A DNA stretch of 64,000 bases from a virus: positions 1 through 64,000 of the IMG/VR virus record IMGVR_UViG_3300037493_007233, one strand, 5' to 3'. Below, one piece after another: positions 35,728-47,140 of this stretch (position 1 is its first letter; every line of letters begins with the position of its first letter). The position numbers were made by a program, and so were the translations under genes. Under the pieces are notes generated by a model. The model saw only the letters and a list, made by a program, of their open reading frames with translations. It had not been told where the DNA came from and did not search any database.

Positions 35728-37512
35728 TTAAGAAAAACTGGAGAGCCAGATTTTCCTAGCGTCAGCTGACTTACCAAAAGCCATATCTAGGAAGTGTGCA
35801 GACTTTTTATCCTTGATGATATTGATAATCCTTTTGTTTTTCATTACATGATCCCAGTCTTCCAGTGACAATGAACCCAATCCTTTAAGATATCTAACGT
35901 TGGTGAATTTTTTCTTAGCAGATGCCTCCTTGAATTCACCTAGTGAATAAAAATATAACTTGGATTTATCTCCAGCAGATACAAGAGGAGTTTCTAGAAA
36001 ATGCAGCATCTTCTTTTCGATAATCCACGGGAACCAATTAAAGATCAGACTAATCAAAAGGGAAGTAATGTGTGCCCCGTCTGGATCCTGATCCGTAGAA
36101 ATTACAATCTTTTCATAAGGACATTGCAAAGAAGGGTTCTCTGGATCTAGATTTAAAATCTGCATCAATTCGAGAATTTCCCTGTTATCAGCTAGATCTG
36201 AAAGATTTCTGGCATTTTTAATTTTCCCCTTTAACGCATAAACTCCGTCTCTTGCAGGGTTTCTTTTTTGTAGAATAGATCCCATAGCTGAAAGCCCTTC
36301 CACTATAAAAAGATTCTCTGCAATTCTAGAAGTTGGAGGAAAGTATTTGTGAGAGAATTTTATGTTAACGTTTTTCTTTTCTTTTCGGATTTTCTTAAGA
36401 TCCGATTCCTTCTTCCTTCTTTCAACTAGCTCCTTGATCTTTTTGAAAAGTGGAGTGGAAAAAAACCTTTTAAGTGGACCTTCAAAAGCATCAAGTATAA
36501 TCTTTTCAACGTCTTCACGTCTGGAAACAAATTTGGTTTTGTTCTGGTCTCCAAATTTTACAAGTGCTGGTGGAAGATTCAGAATAAGACAAAAATCGTA
36601 GAAGTGGTGTGCAAGTGAATCGTCCAGCACACCGTTAATTTGGTCCATTATAATCTTTTGTTGAATCCCGGTACAGATTGCACTATTGACAAAAGAAACT
36701 GAACCTGAGTCTTCAGTTTTTTCCCATACTAGAATTTCTCCTATCGATGTTTTATATGACAACTGTTTGAGCACATCCGTTTTTACCTCAGTCTCCTTTC
36801 CATCCCAAACGAATTTGATCTTTATGGTTTTTGTGTTTGACTCAGTTTCTAATACTCTTTTTTTGAGAATTAGCATAGAGAAAAGGATGTCCTTACTCCA
36901 TTTGCAATTGTCAAAGATATCAGGCAAAGGAGAAAATGTAACTGCAGTTCCTAACTTATTCTTTGATTTTTTGGTAATAACTGGTTTTGATCCTTTGAAG
37001 TTATTCCACTCCTGAAAATAGCTTTCTTTAGAATTGGTAGATTCTATAGAAAAATAACTAGACATTGCATTAACCAAACTGACTCCCATCCCGTTGGTGC
37101 CAATAAGGGTTTCCGAGATCTGCTCATTATCAAAGTTGGACCCAGCTCTCAACATGGAAACTGCTGTCTCGATATTTGGTAAGCCGCTTTTCTCGTTTAT
37201 TTTAGAACCGTCCATAAACCCTTCACCGGTATCAGCAATCTTTATTCTGTTTGTTTTAGAATCAACCTCAATTATAATTGAGTCCATGGGTTTTTTCATC
37301 CTTTTAGCTTCGTCTACGCAGTTGGAAAAAACCTCATCGAATAACTTGTACATTCCAACAGAAATTTGATAAGGGACCGAGCATATTCGGTCTTCTTTTA
37401 CTATCGGAAGCATTTCCTCACTCAGTTTTACAGAGCCTACGTAAATGGTGGGCCTTTTGAGTATATGCTCAAAATCTGAAAGGACCTGAATTTTTTTATT
37501 AGCTGATGTCAT
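35728..37512 (-). CDS. DNA topoisomerase II, GyrB/gp39+60-like subunit
   Basis: EHILKRP, NCVDE, GTNGMG, VEGLSA, LKGK, DQDPDG, YLKGLGS. Confidence 0.92.
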   Translation of the reverse strand: MTSANKKIQVLSDFEHILKRPTIYVGSVKLSEEMLPIVKEDRICSVPYQISVGMYKLFDEVFSNCVDEAKRMKKPMDSIIIEVDSKTNRIKIADTGEGFMDGSKINEKSGLPNIETAVSMLRAGSNFDNEQISETLIGTNGMGVSLVNAMSSYFSIESTNSKESYFQEWNNFKGSKPVITKKSKNKLGTAVTFSPLPDIFDNCKWSKDILFSMLILKKRVLETESNTKTIKIKFVWDGKETEVKTDVLKQLSYKTSIGEILVWEKTEDSGSVSFVNSAICTGIQQKIIMDQINGVLDDSLAHHFYDFCLILNLPPALVKFGDQNKTKFVSRREDVEKIILDAFEGPLKRFFSTPLFKKIKELVERRKKESDLKKIRKEKKNVNIKFSHKYFPPTSRIAENLFIVEGLSAMGSILQKRNPARDGVYALKGKIKNARNLSDLADNREILELMQILNLDPENPSLQCPYEKIVISTDQDPDGAHITSLLISLIFNWFPWIIEKKMLHFLETPLVSAGDKSKLYFYSLGEFKEASAKKKFTNVRYLKGLGSLSLEDWDHVMKNKRIINIIKDKKSAHFLDMAFGKSADARKIWLSSFS

Positions 37513-37516
37513 TGTT

Positions 37517-38191
37517 TTATTTGGGTGTTACAAAATAGAGCATGGTTTGGCTTCCCCCACCATAGTCCCAGAAAAATTCGTGTCTAATTTTTCCAGGTAA
37601 TTGAAAATGAGGGATTTGCTCTGGGTAATGTGTTTCTATAGCTATTCTATCAATCTTAGAAAGAGTATTTTCGCTTAAATTCATGAAAAAATCCCATTCA
37701 CCTCCTTCTATGTCACACTTTATAAAATCAATTTTTTCCAATTCATAGATTTCCATGAATTTCTCAAGTGTAATTCTTAGCTTATTTCCTTTAAAAGACC
37801 ATAGATGGGATTGCTCTTGAGTTTCGGAAAGCATCGATGTATTTAGTGTAACCACATTTGATAGATCCTTGCAATTTTCAACTAAACAAGAATATGCTTC
37901 GGGTGATCCGTCTATAGAATAAACGCAACTAGCTTTTTCTGCTGCATGGCAAGTGAAAAAGCCAACGTTCGAACCAATGTCAATTACAACGTCTCCAGGT
38001 TTAAGAAAACAATCCCACATTTCATAGATACATTCTTTTTCGGAGAAAGGCCAAATTAAGTTCTCACAGTAAAGAAAATCATAACCATGTACTCCTCCCT
38101 CATAGGATCCTTGATTTAAATGATCAAAAGTTACATATTCGTAAATATTAGTTTTGTCATGGAATATTTTCCATTGCTTATTTGGTACCAT
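37517..38191 (-). CDS. FkbM-family methyltransferase
   Basis: VIDIGSNVG, IDFIKCDIEGGE. Confidence 0.85.
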   Translation of the reverse strand: MVPNKQWKIFHDKTNIYEYVTFDHLNQGSYEGGVHGYDFLYCENLIWPFSEKECIYEMWDCFLKPGDVVIDIGSNVGFFTCHAAEKASCVYSIDGSPEAYSCLVENCKDLSNVVTLNTSMLSETQEQSHLWSFKGNKLRITLEKFMEIYELEKIDFIKCDIEGGEWDFFMNLSENTLSKIDRIAIETHYPEQIPHFQLPGKIRHEFFWDYGGGSQTMLYFVTPK

Positions 38192-38240
38192 AAATCAATA
38201 TATTGATTTTTATAGATTAAAGCCTTAGTTAAATTTCACA

Positions 38241-38272
38241 AAAAAAAGGACTGGGGTTGTTCCAGTCCTTTT
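38241..38272 (-). terminator. intrinsic terminator
   Basis: AAAAGGACTGG..CCAGTCCTTTT hairpin with U run. Confidence 0.75.
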
Positions 38273-38289
38273 TACTAAATATCTTAAAA

Positions 38290-38823
38290 TTACTTCTTTG
38301 GTGTAAAATAGATCTCTTCAATCTTGATAGGAGCTATTTTTGCTTCATATCCTTTATCTTTAAGAGAAACTGGAATACCAATTACAAATTCCTTACCGTC
38401 AATCATCTCTACTCTATCAACCATGAATTCAGAATCGAAGTAAATTGTGCGTTGATTTCCAAATCTATCAACATCAAAATCAAAATCTCCTTCTCTATCA
38501 TCATCGATATCAATACCTCTTTGAGCTTTCATCTTACGGGCAATTCTTTCTCTTTCCTGAGCAATAATATCTTTAACGTAATCTGGTGCTCCCTTTCCTT
38601 GTGTAGGAACTTCCGCAATCACAACAATTTCTTCAATCTCACCCATTTCTTTTTTCTTAAGAAGATCCTTAAGTGTAGCAGCAACCTCTGAATATTTAAC
38701 ATTCATTTCTGGCTTGGTGTTGATGTTCTTTCTGAATTCCAATTCATTAAAAACGGGAATCGCAGAATATGTTGATTCACTTACTTCTGCTGAATAGTCT
38801 TCAAAAATTTTAACGTATTTCAT
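38290..38823 (-). CDS. hypothetical protein with capsid-targeting-like N-terminus
   Basis: MKYVKIFEDY; GATATATA upstream. Confidence 0.75.
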   Translation of the reverse strand: MKYVKIFEDYSAEVSESTYSAIPVFNELEFRKNINTKPEMNVKYSEVAATLKDLLKKKEMGEIEEIVVIAEVPTQGKGAPDYVKDIIAQERERIARKMKAQRGIDIDDDREGDFDFDVDRFGNQRTIYFDSEFMVDRVEMIDGKEFVIGIPVSLKDKGYEAKIAPIKIEEIYFTPKK

Positions 38824-38841
38824 CTAGTAATTTTTCTTTTT

Positions 38842-39126
38842 TTATATATCTTCATAGGGAAGCAATTTGGTAACCTTGATTTTAAGCTGCCCGTTGCCTT
38901 TGATTAATCTGTGCCATACCCCGGCTGGTACAAATATTTCTCCAGAGAAAGGAATTGGTAACTGGTTATCAAATTGGAATTTCCAGTCTGTATTTTCTAC
39001 TACTTGGATTATCCTATCCTCTAGATCGATGTGCCATTTCAGTTCATTCGTCTCGAGTTGGGGATCAAACAAACGGAGAAATATATTTTCCCCGAGACCT
39101 TTTTCTTCGAATGGGAGATTTACCAA
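38842..39126 (-). CDS. small cupin-like protein
   Basis: WH.D.E..W.FQ..VPAGVWHR. Confidence 0.65.
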   Translation of the reverse strand: MVNLPFEEKGLGENIFLRLFDPQLETNELKWHIDLEDRIIQVVENTDWKFQFDNQLPIPFSGEIFVPAGVWHRLIKGNGQLKIKVTKLLPYEDI

Positions 39127-39701
39127 GGGTTTTTAGATTTAATGCCTAATAATTTTCCATATCTTGCAACGTTACAAGACCAATATCTAGCTTTCCATTT
39201 AGGTCCTGGCTCTGAGCATCTGTGTCTTGCTCTGAAAGATCTAGACCTAGCAGGATCGTCGTTTCTAATCCTCATTCCAGGTTGCCCAAATCTTACCATT
39301 ACAACCTTTCCCTTATCATTTTTTGTATAGACAGCGAATTTTCTTGGAGCATTTGGAGTTCTGAAAGGTTTGTTTAAATCTACTTTTCTTCCCTGATATT
39401 CAGCTTCGAAAATATCATCATATTCAAATGGGATATCTAAAAGTACTTCTCTACCTTCAAAAGTAGCTTTTTGACCTGCATCGGTGCTTATCAAAAAAAC
39501 ATCATCAAAATCTAGATCGATCTTGTTTTCTGCCCAAAGCTGTCTGGATTCATTGATAAGATCTAACCACGCATCAGATTCGATTCGATAAACGCTCTCC
39601 AATAGGGAAATATTTTCCTCTAAGTGGTAAGCTAATCCCTCGCTTATTTGTGAGGTGCTGAACGAATTGAAGTCATGTATTCTCATACAATTATATATCA
39701 A
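39120..39701 (-). CDS. conserved phage hypothetical protein; start probably 39686
   Basis: KFAVY..RFGQPG..ARHRC..ARYWSC; GATATATA lies between the two Met codons. Confidence 0.7.
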   Translation of the reverse strand: MIYNCMRIHDFNSFSTSQISEGLAYHLEENISLLESVYRIESDAWLDLINESRQLWAENKIDLDFDDVFLISTDAGQKATFEGREVLLDIPFEYDDIFEAEYQGRKVDLNKPFRTPNAPRKFAVYTKNDKGKVVMVRFGQPGMRIRNDDPARSRSFRARHRCSEPGPKWKARYWSCNVARYGKLLGIKSKNPW

Positions 39702-40117
39702 TCGTTACTTTGGGTAACCTCTGAAGATAAAAGTCTTTGAATCCTATTTTTTGCTCTTTCTTGGAGTGGAATTGGATTACCCTCCTCGTCTATACAGACA
39801 AATTTGATATTAGTTTTAAGAATTATAGTTTGATTCCCGGTATAAACGTTGTGCGCTCTAGCCTCCATGTAAAGTGTTATGGAGGTAGTTCCTAATTTTG
39901 AGGGTGACCCGTAAATTTTAATAAGCTGTCCTTCTTTAGCAGGCTTTTCAAAAAAACATTTGTCGATAGAAACCGTAACCATTCTGGGGGTATCACAAAG
40001 CTGCATAGAATATCCTGCAGCCGCAGCGTCGATCCAAGCCAAAAGCTTGCCGCCAAAAAGATTACCATGAAATCCCAAATCCGATTTTTTAATCGGATGT
40101 GTGTTTAGTAACTCCAT
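39698..40117 (-). CDS. acyl-CoA thioesterase (hotdog fold)
   Basis: GNLFGGKLLAWID, GTTSI. Confidence 0.85.
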   Translation of the reverse strand: MELLNTHPIKKSDLGFHGNLFGGKLLAWIDAAAAGYSMQLCDTPRMVTVSIDKCFFEKPAKEGQLIKIYGSPSKLGTTSITLYMEARAHNVYTGNQTIILKTNIKFVCIDEEGNPIPLQERAKNRIQRLLSSEVTQSND

Positions 40118-41391
40118 TATGCTGGTTGTACTGGTTGCTTTTGAGCTTGTTGTTGTCTTAGTTTTTGAGCAGCAGCACCCCTAAATTGTTCAACATTCTT
40201 TGCAATCCTTTGCTGCTCTTGCTGGCCCATTTGCGGGAAGAAAGGCATTTCCATAACTGCTTTCATTTTCTCGTATGCAATTTCTGGGTTTCCTGTATGG
40301 AATGCACATAAAGAGAATTCATCCAAAAGTCTCCATTGCCAAATTTCGGGTTCAACAAAAAGAATATCTGAAGTTCCCGGATTTTTCAAAGCCATACTTC
40401 CGTAGGTGAAAGCTAATACCCATCTTCCTTGCTCTCTCAATTTTCTCATGCAATGGAAAGCTGCCTCCAATCTTTCTGGTCTAAATTCCCAAGCTTTTGA
40501 ATAAGCTTGAACAACTTCATCCGGATGTCTTCCGAGTCTTTCCTTAATTCTTGCAATCATATAAAGAGCGTAGTAAACCTCTTCTGGCCATCCCCCAACA
40601 TCTACCCTTCTTTGGTAAGCTTCAAGGGCCTTAAGGTTTTGACTAGAATCCCTGTAACTTTGTGCCAGATAAAACATGTATCGGGAATTGCTTGGATCCT
40701 TTTCTAGAGCTTTTTCAAGTATCTCAGCATCTTTGGAATATTTCTCCTCCAAGCTGTCTGCCCTTTTCAAAGGACTAATGTTTGCATTTACCTTACACTT
40801 ATCTCCTGGGATCTGTGATTGAATAACAGGATCCTTTCCCTGGAGATCCAAATACTCGTGCAAAACTCCTTTATAAGTCCAATCCTGATCAGATCTAACA
40901 ATTTGAGCCCTGTGATATTGTAAAGAATTCAATCTATACATGATTTGGAAGCAATCAACTCCCTGAGGAAGTTCTGCAAAAGGATTAATTCCTGGGGTTT
41001 CTACTTCAAAAAGATCATCGGCATCAATAATCCAGCGGTAATCGCAGATTCCTTTTGATAGCTCCAAACTCTCTGTACGGTTAACCTCAAAATCAACCCA
41101 AGGTCTTTCGTGGATCTCACCAGGAATGTTAAGTTCTTCCATGGTTGACCTAATTTCATCTATGGTGTTATCTTTTGAACCGGTATCACAGATAACATAA
41201 TATGAAATAAAAGGTGCTACCCTAGTTAAACATTTTCTAATTGTGTCGCCCTCATCTTTAACGATCATAACAAGACAAAAAGAAAAAGTTTGTCTTGGAT
41301 CTTTGGGCGTAAATTTAGAATTTGTTTTAGGAGTTGGCTTTTTAGAAGCTTGTTTTGGTTTACTTGGATTATTTCTTTTAGAAGAGGCCAT
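40117..41391 (-). CDS. GT2 glycosyltransferase with TPR repeats
   Basis: MIVKDE, DTGSKD, IDADD, GVLHE, FYLAQSY. Confidence 0.88.
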   Translation of the reverse strand: MASSKRNNPSKPKQASKKPTPKTNSKFTPKDPRQTFSFCLVMIVKDEGDTIRKCLTRVAPFISYYVICDTGSKDNTIDEIRSTMEELNIPGEIHERPWVDFEVNRTESLELSKGICDYRWIIDADDLFEVETPGINPFAELPQGVDCFQIMYRLNSLQYHRAQIVRSDQDWTYKGVLHEYLDLQGKDPVIQSQIPGDKCKVNANISPLKRADSLEEKYSKDAEILEKALEKDPSNSRYMFYLAQSYRDSSQNLKALEAYQRRVDVGGWPEEVYYALYMIARIKERLGRHPDEVVQAYSKAWEFRPERLEAAFHCMRKLREQGRWVLAFTYGSMALKNPGTSDILFVEPEIWQWRLLDEFSLCAFHTGNPEIAYEKMKAVMEMPFFPQMGQQEQQRIAKNVEQFRGAAAQKLRQQQAQKQPVQPA

Positions 41392-41440
41392 AAGAGTTTA
41401 TCTTTCTCTTTATACCTCAAAACTTAGAAATATTTCATCC

Positions 41441-42130
41441 TTAACCCCGGACTATTTCGGTTATTCTTTCTAAAATAAGTCCTTCACTAAGAGATAAAGA
41501 AAAATCACCCTTTATCTTAAGAGGTGACTTAGAACTATCCGATACCAATTCTATGTTAAAAAATCCTTCCTCCGTTGGCATCTCTTCTTCGAGATTAACA
41601 TCACTTGAAACAAAAGTAGACTTAGACATTGATCTGCCATTCCAAACAACCAATGTCAAATTATCCAATTTAGCGTCTAGAGTTCTGATGACTTGATTTT
41701 CTCTGAGTGACTCAAGCTTAATTCCTATTCTGTAATCAGATCCACGGGAAACAAAAGAAATCATGGAATGACCTCTCCCTTCTACTAATCCGGGTATAGT
41801 GTTATTCTTTAAAGAAAACAAAGGGTAAGATCCGTTGAATTTATGCTTTCTAAAAGCAATTGAAGATGACTTAAAGTATTCACAAACCCAGTTGATCAAG
41901 GTATCGTCTGAAACTTTCTTCTTAAAATCAAAATAGGCAACAGGGTGATTACCACCTACCACTTTAACCGGCTTAATTTCTAAGGACATTTCTGAAAGAT
42001 AATTCTGAAATGATTCTGCTATCTTTGCTAACTGGTTATGCTCTGAAATGTGGATTTTTCCTTTGAGATCGATCTCCTTCTCAAAATTTTCTATAAAAGT
42101 TGATAGCAAGCTATCCTTAGCGCTCTTCAT
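41441..42130 (-). CDS. hypothetical protein
   Basis: 229 aa ORF. Confidence 0.65.
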   Translation of the reverse strand: MKSAKDSLLSTFIENFEKEIDLKGKIHISEHNQLAKIAESFQNYLSEMSLEIKPVKVVGGNHPVAYFDFKKKVSDDTLINWVCEYFKSSSIAFRKHKFNGSYPLFSLKNNTIPGLVEGRGHSMISFVSRGSDYRIGIKLESLRENQVIRTLDAKLDNLTLVVWNGRSMSKSTFVSSDVNLEEEMPTEEGFFNIELVSDSSKSPLKIKGDFSLSLSEGLILERITEIVRG

Positions 42131-42134
42131 TTTA

Positions 42135-42566
42135 TTATCGATTAGATTTATTTATCCTCCTCCACGAAAAATCAGTATCCAGTTTGAAGTGTCCAAGAAA
42201 TTGATATTTCCCGTTCCATTCTTCAGGTGAAATTAAGCTACAGAATTTTTCACCATCATCTTTAATATAAACATAAATTTCAGAACCAACGTTTGGTTCA
42301 AACGAAAGTTTGGAGTCCCAAATCATTTCGTTATCTGAAAATTCTTGAAACAAGGACTCAATTTGTTCCTTGATTTCTTCAGCCCTTTTTGAAAACTTGT
42401 GATTAGCCTTTGCTAAACTATTCGCCTTAAACAATGCTACATCAGGGAGATCAATCTTAGGCCCAGATATATTTGTCGAATAAGTTTTTAGAAAAGAATC
42501 ATATAGGTTTTTCTGAGGATCAAAGACTACTGCATCAGGCAGATTTTTCTTCTTTCTTCTTTCCAT
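42135..42566 (-). CDS. DUF2452-like protein
   Basis: SFEPNVG..YVY..SLISPEEW. Confidence 0.6.
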   Translation of the reverse strand: MERRKKKNLPDAVVFDPQKNLYDSFLKTYSTNISGPKIDLPDVALFKANSLAKANHKFSKRAEEIKEQIESLFQEFSDNEMIWDSKLSFEPNVGSEIYVYIKDDGEKFCSLISPEEWNGKYQFLGHFKLDTDFSWRRINKSNR

Positions 42567-43185
42567 CTTTGGTCTTTAATCCTAACGCTTTTGTAACTGC
42601 TTTGTATACTTCTTCGCTCCCTTGTGAAGCGTCGAATTTTTTTAATCTTCTACTCTTCTTATAAAGGTCGATTAAAGGAGAAGTTTTTTCCTCGTATGTT
42701 CTAAATCTCTTACCTACCACCTCAGGGTCTTTATCGTCTTCCCTGTTTTCTTTCTCTGCTCTTTTTAGAATTCTCTTTTTGGCTGTTTCCTCATCTAAAT
42801 CTAAATAGATCGCATGATTTAGACCTACCCCAAGTTTTCCTAAGAGTGAATCAAGCATCCCTGCTTGTTTGATTGTTCTTGGGAATCCATCCAGAATAAT
42901 TCCTTTAGAAAGATCTACTTTGCCAAGTTCTTTTCTCAGCATTTTGACCATAGTTTTATCATCAGCATATTCGCCTTTAGCAATTTTTGCTTTAAGCTCT
43001 TTATCGTCAGAATTTCTGATCAAATCTCCGGTTGAAATGTGGGTGAATCCGTTTCTCTCCGCCAATTTGGTCGAAAATGTTCCTTTACCCGAACCAGGAG
43101 GTCCCATGATAATTAGGATTTTTCCTTGAACATCGGGTAATTCCCTTTCGTTCAAAAACTCTGCAAAATTTTTAACGGTTTCCAT
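42535..43185 (-). CDS. adk: adenylate kinase with capsid-targeting-like N-terminal extension
   Basis: GPPGSGKGT, HISTGDLIR, LDGFPRT, REDD; extension METVKNFAEFLNE. Confidence 0.9.
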   Translation of the reverse strand: METVKNFAEFLNERELPDVQGKILIIMGPPGSGKGTFSTKLAERNGFTHISTGDLIRNSDDKELKAKIAKGEYADDKTMVKMLRKELGKVDLSKGIILDGFPRTIKQAGMLDSLLGKLGVGLNHAIYLDLDEETAKKRILKRAEKENREDDKDPEVVGKRFRTYEEKTSPLIDLYKKSRRLKKFDASQGSEEVYKAVTKALGLKTKDGKKKEEKSA

Positions 43186-43203
43186 GCTGTATTTATCCTA
43201 ATT

Positions 43204-43620
43204 TTATTCTGGAAAAATCTCTACTATTTTTTCCACTCGGACTAGGTCATCCCATACCCCATTATATCTGGTAGCTCTAACGGTATGATTATCAATCCAG
43301 TGGTAATTACCACCTCTGGGCTTGTTTAATAGGAGATTATGATATTTGAATCCATGCTTTTCCAACCATTCTTTTGTAACAAGTTCATGCTCGTCTGTTC
43401 TAGAGGTAAAGAATGTAATTATATGGCCTTGAGCATACCAGGTGTTAATAATATTTACTGCTCCTTCATATGGAAGACAAGTAGACATTCTTTCTGGCTC
43501 TTCGTTAGGTACATCTTCAGTAATAGTCCCGTCGATGTCTATTAGATAATTCTTGGTTTCCTTAGAAAGAACTGGGGAAATTGCTCTCCCCAGTTCATCT
43601 CTTTCCGTATTTAATTTCAT
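43204..43620 (-). CDS. HAD-superfamily phosphatase
   Basis: IDIDGT, FTSR, KPRGG, WIDN. Confidence 0.8.
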   Translation of the reverse strand: MKLNTERDELGRAISPVLSKETKNYLIDIDGTITEDVPNEEPERMSTCLPYEGAVNIINTWYAQGHIITFFTSRTDEHELVTKEWLEKHGFKYHNLLLNKPRGGNYHWIDNHTVRATRYNGVWDDLVRVEKIVEIFPE

Positions 43621-43632
43621 CTTAAATAAAAT

Positions 43633-46101
43633 TTATGATCCGCAAGCTAAACAATCTTCGGGATTATCTAGACTACAGGTAAGATCAGACATAGTTTGGC
43701 TTGCAAGTGCTGCAAGTTCTGCGTTTGGTGCTTCCTGAACTGGCTTTGCTTCTACAACAGGTGCTACTGTTTCTTTAGGAGCTTGATATTTAGAAACATC
43801 CATACCAAGTCCAGCCAAAGCATCAACTGCAGCCTTCGTTCTTAAGTAGTACATGCCCGTTTTCAATCCCAATTTCCAAGAATGGAAATGAGCTGCAGTG
43901 AGTTTAGCTGCATTAACGTTTTCGATGAAAAGGTTTAAAGACTGTGATTGACAGATAAATCTACCTCTATCAGCAGACATCTCGATCAAATCCTTCTGCT
44001 TAATCTCCCAAACAGTTTTATAAACATCCTTAAGGTCTTGAGGTATCCCTGGGACATTTTGAACTGATCCTTTATTGATGATAATAAGATTTTTAATATC
44101 CTCCGTCCAAAGACCCAAAGAGATCAAATCTTTTACCAAGTGCTTATTGACAACGATGAATTCTCCACTTAGAGTACGACGAGTGTAAATGTTAGAAGTA
44201 AAAGGTTCGAAAGCCTCGTTGTTACCCATGATTTGAGCTGTAGAAGCGGTAGGCATAGGTGCAAGAAGCAAAGAATTTCTTGCTCCGTGCTTCATTACGT
44301 CTTTTCTAAGTTTAGCCCAATCCCAACGACCTGAAAGCTCATCGTCTTGAACTCCCCATAGGTTGAACTGTAACTTACCTTGGCTCAAAGGAGAACCGGG
44401 GAAGGTTTCATAGTGGCCGTTTTTCTTGGCCAAATCCATTGAAGCAGTCATTGAAGCAAAATAGATAGTTTCAAAAAGTTCAGAATTTATCTTACGTGCT
44501 TCTTCTGATGAGAATGGCAATCCCATAATTGCATAAAGATCCGCCAATCCCTGAATACCGATTCCAATTGGGCGGTGTCTCATGTTAGACTTTAATGTCT
44601 CTGGAGTAGGGTAATAGTTAACATCGATTACTTTGTTCAGATTTAGTGTTGTCTGATAGGTAACGTTGTAAAGAAGCTCGTGATCAATTTCACACTTGCC
44701 TCTCATTAACTTAGATGTTCTATTGTCAGTTGATCTTAAAAATTTGTTAACTGGAATTGAAGCCAAGTTACAAACTGCTGTCTCATCTTTGTCGGTATAT
44801 TCTATGATTTCCGTACAAAGGTTAGACGATTTAATAGTGCCTAAGTTCTGCTGGTTTGATTTCCTATTAGCAGCATCTTTATAAAGAATATAAGGGGTGC
44901 CAGTCTCAATTTGTGACTCTATGATTTTTGCCCAAAGATCTCTAGCTTTCAGGGTCCTTCTTGCCTTGCCAGCTGCTTCAGCTGCTAGGAAAACCTCATT
45001 GAACTCCTGTCCATAAATTTCATGAAGACCAGGAACTTCTGAAGGTGAGAATAGTGGCCATTCACCATCTGCTTCTACTCTTTCCATAAACAAATCCGGG
45101 ATCCAAAGTGCCAAGAATAAATCTCTAGCTCTTCTTTCTTCTTTACCCGTATTCTTTCTTAATTCTAAGAAGTCCTCCACGTCGGCGTGCCATGGCTCCA
45201 AATAGATTGCAAATGATCCCTTTCTCTTTCCACCTCCTTGATCTACGTATCTTGCAGTCTCATTAAACACCTTAAGCATCGGAACGATACCGTTTGACTT
45301 ACCGTTTGTTCCTCTGATATAAGAACCGGTAGCTCTTACGTTGTGGATAGAAAGACCAATACCTCCAGCGTTCTGAGAAATAAGAGCAACATCAGAAAGT
45401 GTCTTATAAATTCCAGGAATAGAGTCATCACTCATGCTCAGCAAAAAGCAAGATGAAAGCTGTGGCTTTTTGGTTCCTGCGTTGAAAAGAGTAGGGGTTG
45501 CATGAGTCATCATGTGTGTAGAAAGAAGCTCATAAGTTTTAATCGCATTCTTAATATCTTCGCCCCAAATACCAACTGCAACTCTCATATACATATGTTG
45601 GGGGGTTTCAGCTGGCTTACCAAACATTTTCAGAAGATAGCTTTTCTCTAGAGTTTTAAAACCAAAGTATTCAAAATTAAAATCTCTATCGTGAATAACT
45701 GCAGAATCCAGTTTATCACGATTATTCATAACAACCTCATAGGTTTCATCAGAGATAAGAGCTGCTTCCTTTCCAGTTTCTGGATCGATGTATGAGTAAA
45801 GATCTTGGATGGTTTCAGAGAATTTTTTCTTTGTTGTTTTATGAAGTCTCGAAACCGCAATACGGGATGCTAAGATGGAATAATCTGGATGTTTTGGGAT
45901 CAACGAAGCTGCTGTCTCTGCTGCTAAGTTATCTAATTCCCAAGTTGAAATTCCATCAAAAATACCACCGATTACTTTTTGAGAGATCTCAATAGCATCA
46001 ACAAAATCTTGGTTTAATCCGTAAGTTACCTTTCTAACACGATTAGAGATCTTATCGAATCTAACCGCTTCTCTTGAACCGTCTCTTTTTACTACAAACA
46101 T
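43633..46101 (-). CDS. nrdA: ribonucleotide reductase class Ia alpha subunit with ATP cone
   Basis: [40 protein letters not shown]-terminal CxxC. Confidence 0.97.
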   Translation of the reverse strand: MFVVKRDGSREAVRFDKISNRVRKVTYGLNQDFVDAIEISQKVIGGIFDGISTWELDNLAAETAASLIPKHPDYSILASRIAVSRLHKTTKKKFSETIQDLYSYIDPETGKEAALISDETYEVVMNNRDKLDSAVIHDRDFNFEYFGFKTLEKSYLLKMFGKPAETPQHMYMRVAVGIWGEDIKNAIKTYELLSTHMMTHATPTLFNAGTKKPQLSSCFLLSMSDDSIPGIYKTLSDVALISQNAGGIGLSIHNVRATGSYIRGTNGKSNGIVPMLKVFNETARYVDQGGGKRKGSFAIYLEPWHADVEDFLELRKNTGKEERRARDLFLALWIPDLFMERVEADGEWPLFSPSEVPGLHEIYGQEFNEVFLAAEAAGKARRTLKARDLWAKIIESQIETGTPYILYKDAANRKSNQQNLGTIKSSNLCTEIIEYTDKDETAVCNLASIPVNKFLRSTDNRTSKLMRGKCEIDHELLYNVTYQTTLNLNKVIDVNYYPTPETLKSNMRHRPIGIGIQGLADLYAIMGLPFSSEEARKINSELFETIYFASMTASMDLAKKNGHYETFPGSPLSQGKLQFNLWGVQDDELSGRWDWAKLRKDVMKHGARNSLLLAPMPTASTAQIMGNNEAFEPFTSNIYTRRTLSGEFIVVNKHLVKDLISLGLWTEDIKNLIIINKGSVQNVPGIPQDLKDVYKTVWEIKQKDLIEMSADRGRFICQSQSLNLFIENVNAAKLTAAHFHSWKLGLKTGMYYLRTKAAVDALAGLGMDVSKYQAPKETVAPVVEAKPVQEAPNAELAALASQTMSDLTCSLDNPEDCLACGS

Positions 46102-46121
46102 TTTTCTTTATAATTATTTTT

Positions 46122-47105
46122 TTAGAATTCCACGTCCATATCGAACGCATTTTCGGAGGAATTTAGCACCCCAGCTTTTTGATATTCACCGACTCTCTTT
46201 TCAAAGAAATTTGTTTTTCCCTGCAGAGAAATGTTTTGCATGAAATCAAAAGGATTTTCGACACCATAAACTTTAGAGCATCCAAGATCAACAAGCAATC
46301 TGTCTGCAACAAATTCTAGGTATTGCTTCATCAAATCAGAATTCATACCAATCAAACGGACGGGCAAAGATTCTGTGATAAATTCTTTTTCAATCTCCAG
46401 AGCACCAGTAATAATTTCTTTAATACGTGCCTCTGAAACTTTGTTTGCTAAATATTTGTTATGGAGAAGAACTGCAAAATCAGTGTGCATTCCCTCGTCT
46501 CTTGAAATCAATTCGTTAGAGAAAGATAGTCCTGGCATCAAACCTCTTTTCTTCAACCAGAAGATCGAGCAGAAAGATCCAGAAAAGAAGATGCCCTCAA
46601 CAGCTGCAAATGCAATCAATCTTTCTTGGAAATGAGGAGATCCAATCCACTTTAAAGCCCATTCAGCTTTCTTTTGTACAGCTGCGATTGTATCAATAGC
46701 ATGGAAAAGCTTATGCTTTTCTGCTGGATCTGTGATGTAAGTATCAATCAGCAAAGAGTATGTCTCTGAATGGACATTCTCCATCATGATCTGAAATCCA
46801 TAGAAGAATTTTGCCTCAGTGTATTGTACTTCCTTCACAAAATTTTCTGCAAGGTTTTCGTTTACGATTCCATCAGAAGCAGCGAAGAACGCAAGAACGT
46901 TTTTAACGAAGTATTTTTCATCCTCGCTTAAGACGTTTCTCCAATCATCCAAGTCAGCCGAAAGGTCAATTTCCTCCGCAGTCCAAATGCACGCCTGTTG
47001 TTTTTTATATTCTTCCCATAGCTCCTGGTGCTGAATGGGGAAAATAACGAATCTGTCAGGATTTTCTTTTAAAATCGGTTCCGGTAGCGAATATTCTTCC
47101 ATCAT
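46122..47105 (-). CDS. nrdB: ribonucleotide reductase class Ia beta subunit
   Basis: [37 protein letters not shown]. Confidence 0.97.
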   Translation of the reverse strand: MMEEYSLPEPILKENPDRFVIFPIQHQELWEEYKKQQACIWTAEEIDLSADLDDWRNVLSEDEKYFVKNVLAFFAASDGIVNENLAENFVKEVQYTEAKFFYGFQIMMENVHSETYSLLIDTYITDPAEKHKLFHAIDTIAAVQKKAEWALKWIGSPHFQERLIAFAAVEGIFFSGSFCSIFWLKKRGLMPGLSFSNELISRDEGMHTDFAVLLHNKYLANKVSEARIKEIITGALEIEKEFITESLPVRLIGMNSDLMKQYLEFVADRLLVDLGCSKVYGVENPFDFMQNISLQGKTNFFEKRVGEYQKAGVLNSSENAFDMDVEF

Positions 47106-47140
47106 TGTTTTTATTTTTTTCTCTTAATTTTTAGTTATTT

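Noticed and set aside
43633-47105. Introns or inteins in nrdA/nrdB
   Set aside because: Both are of normal length with continuous motifs.
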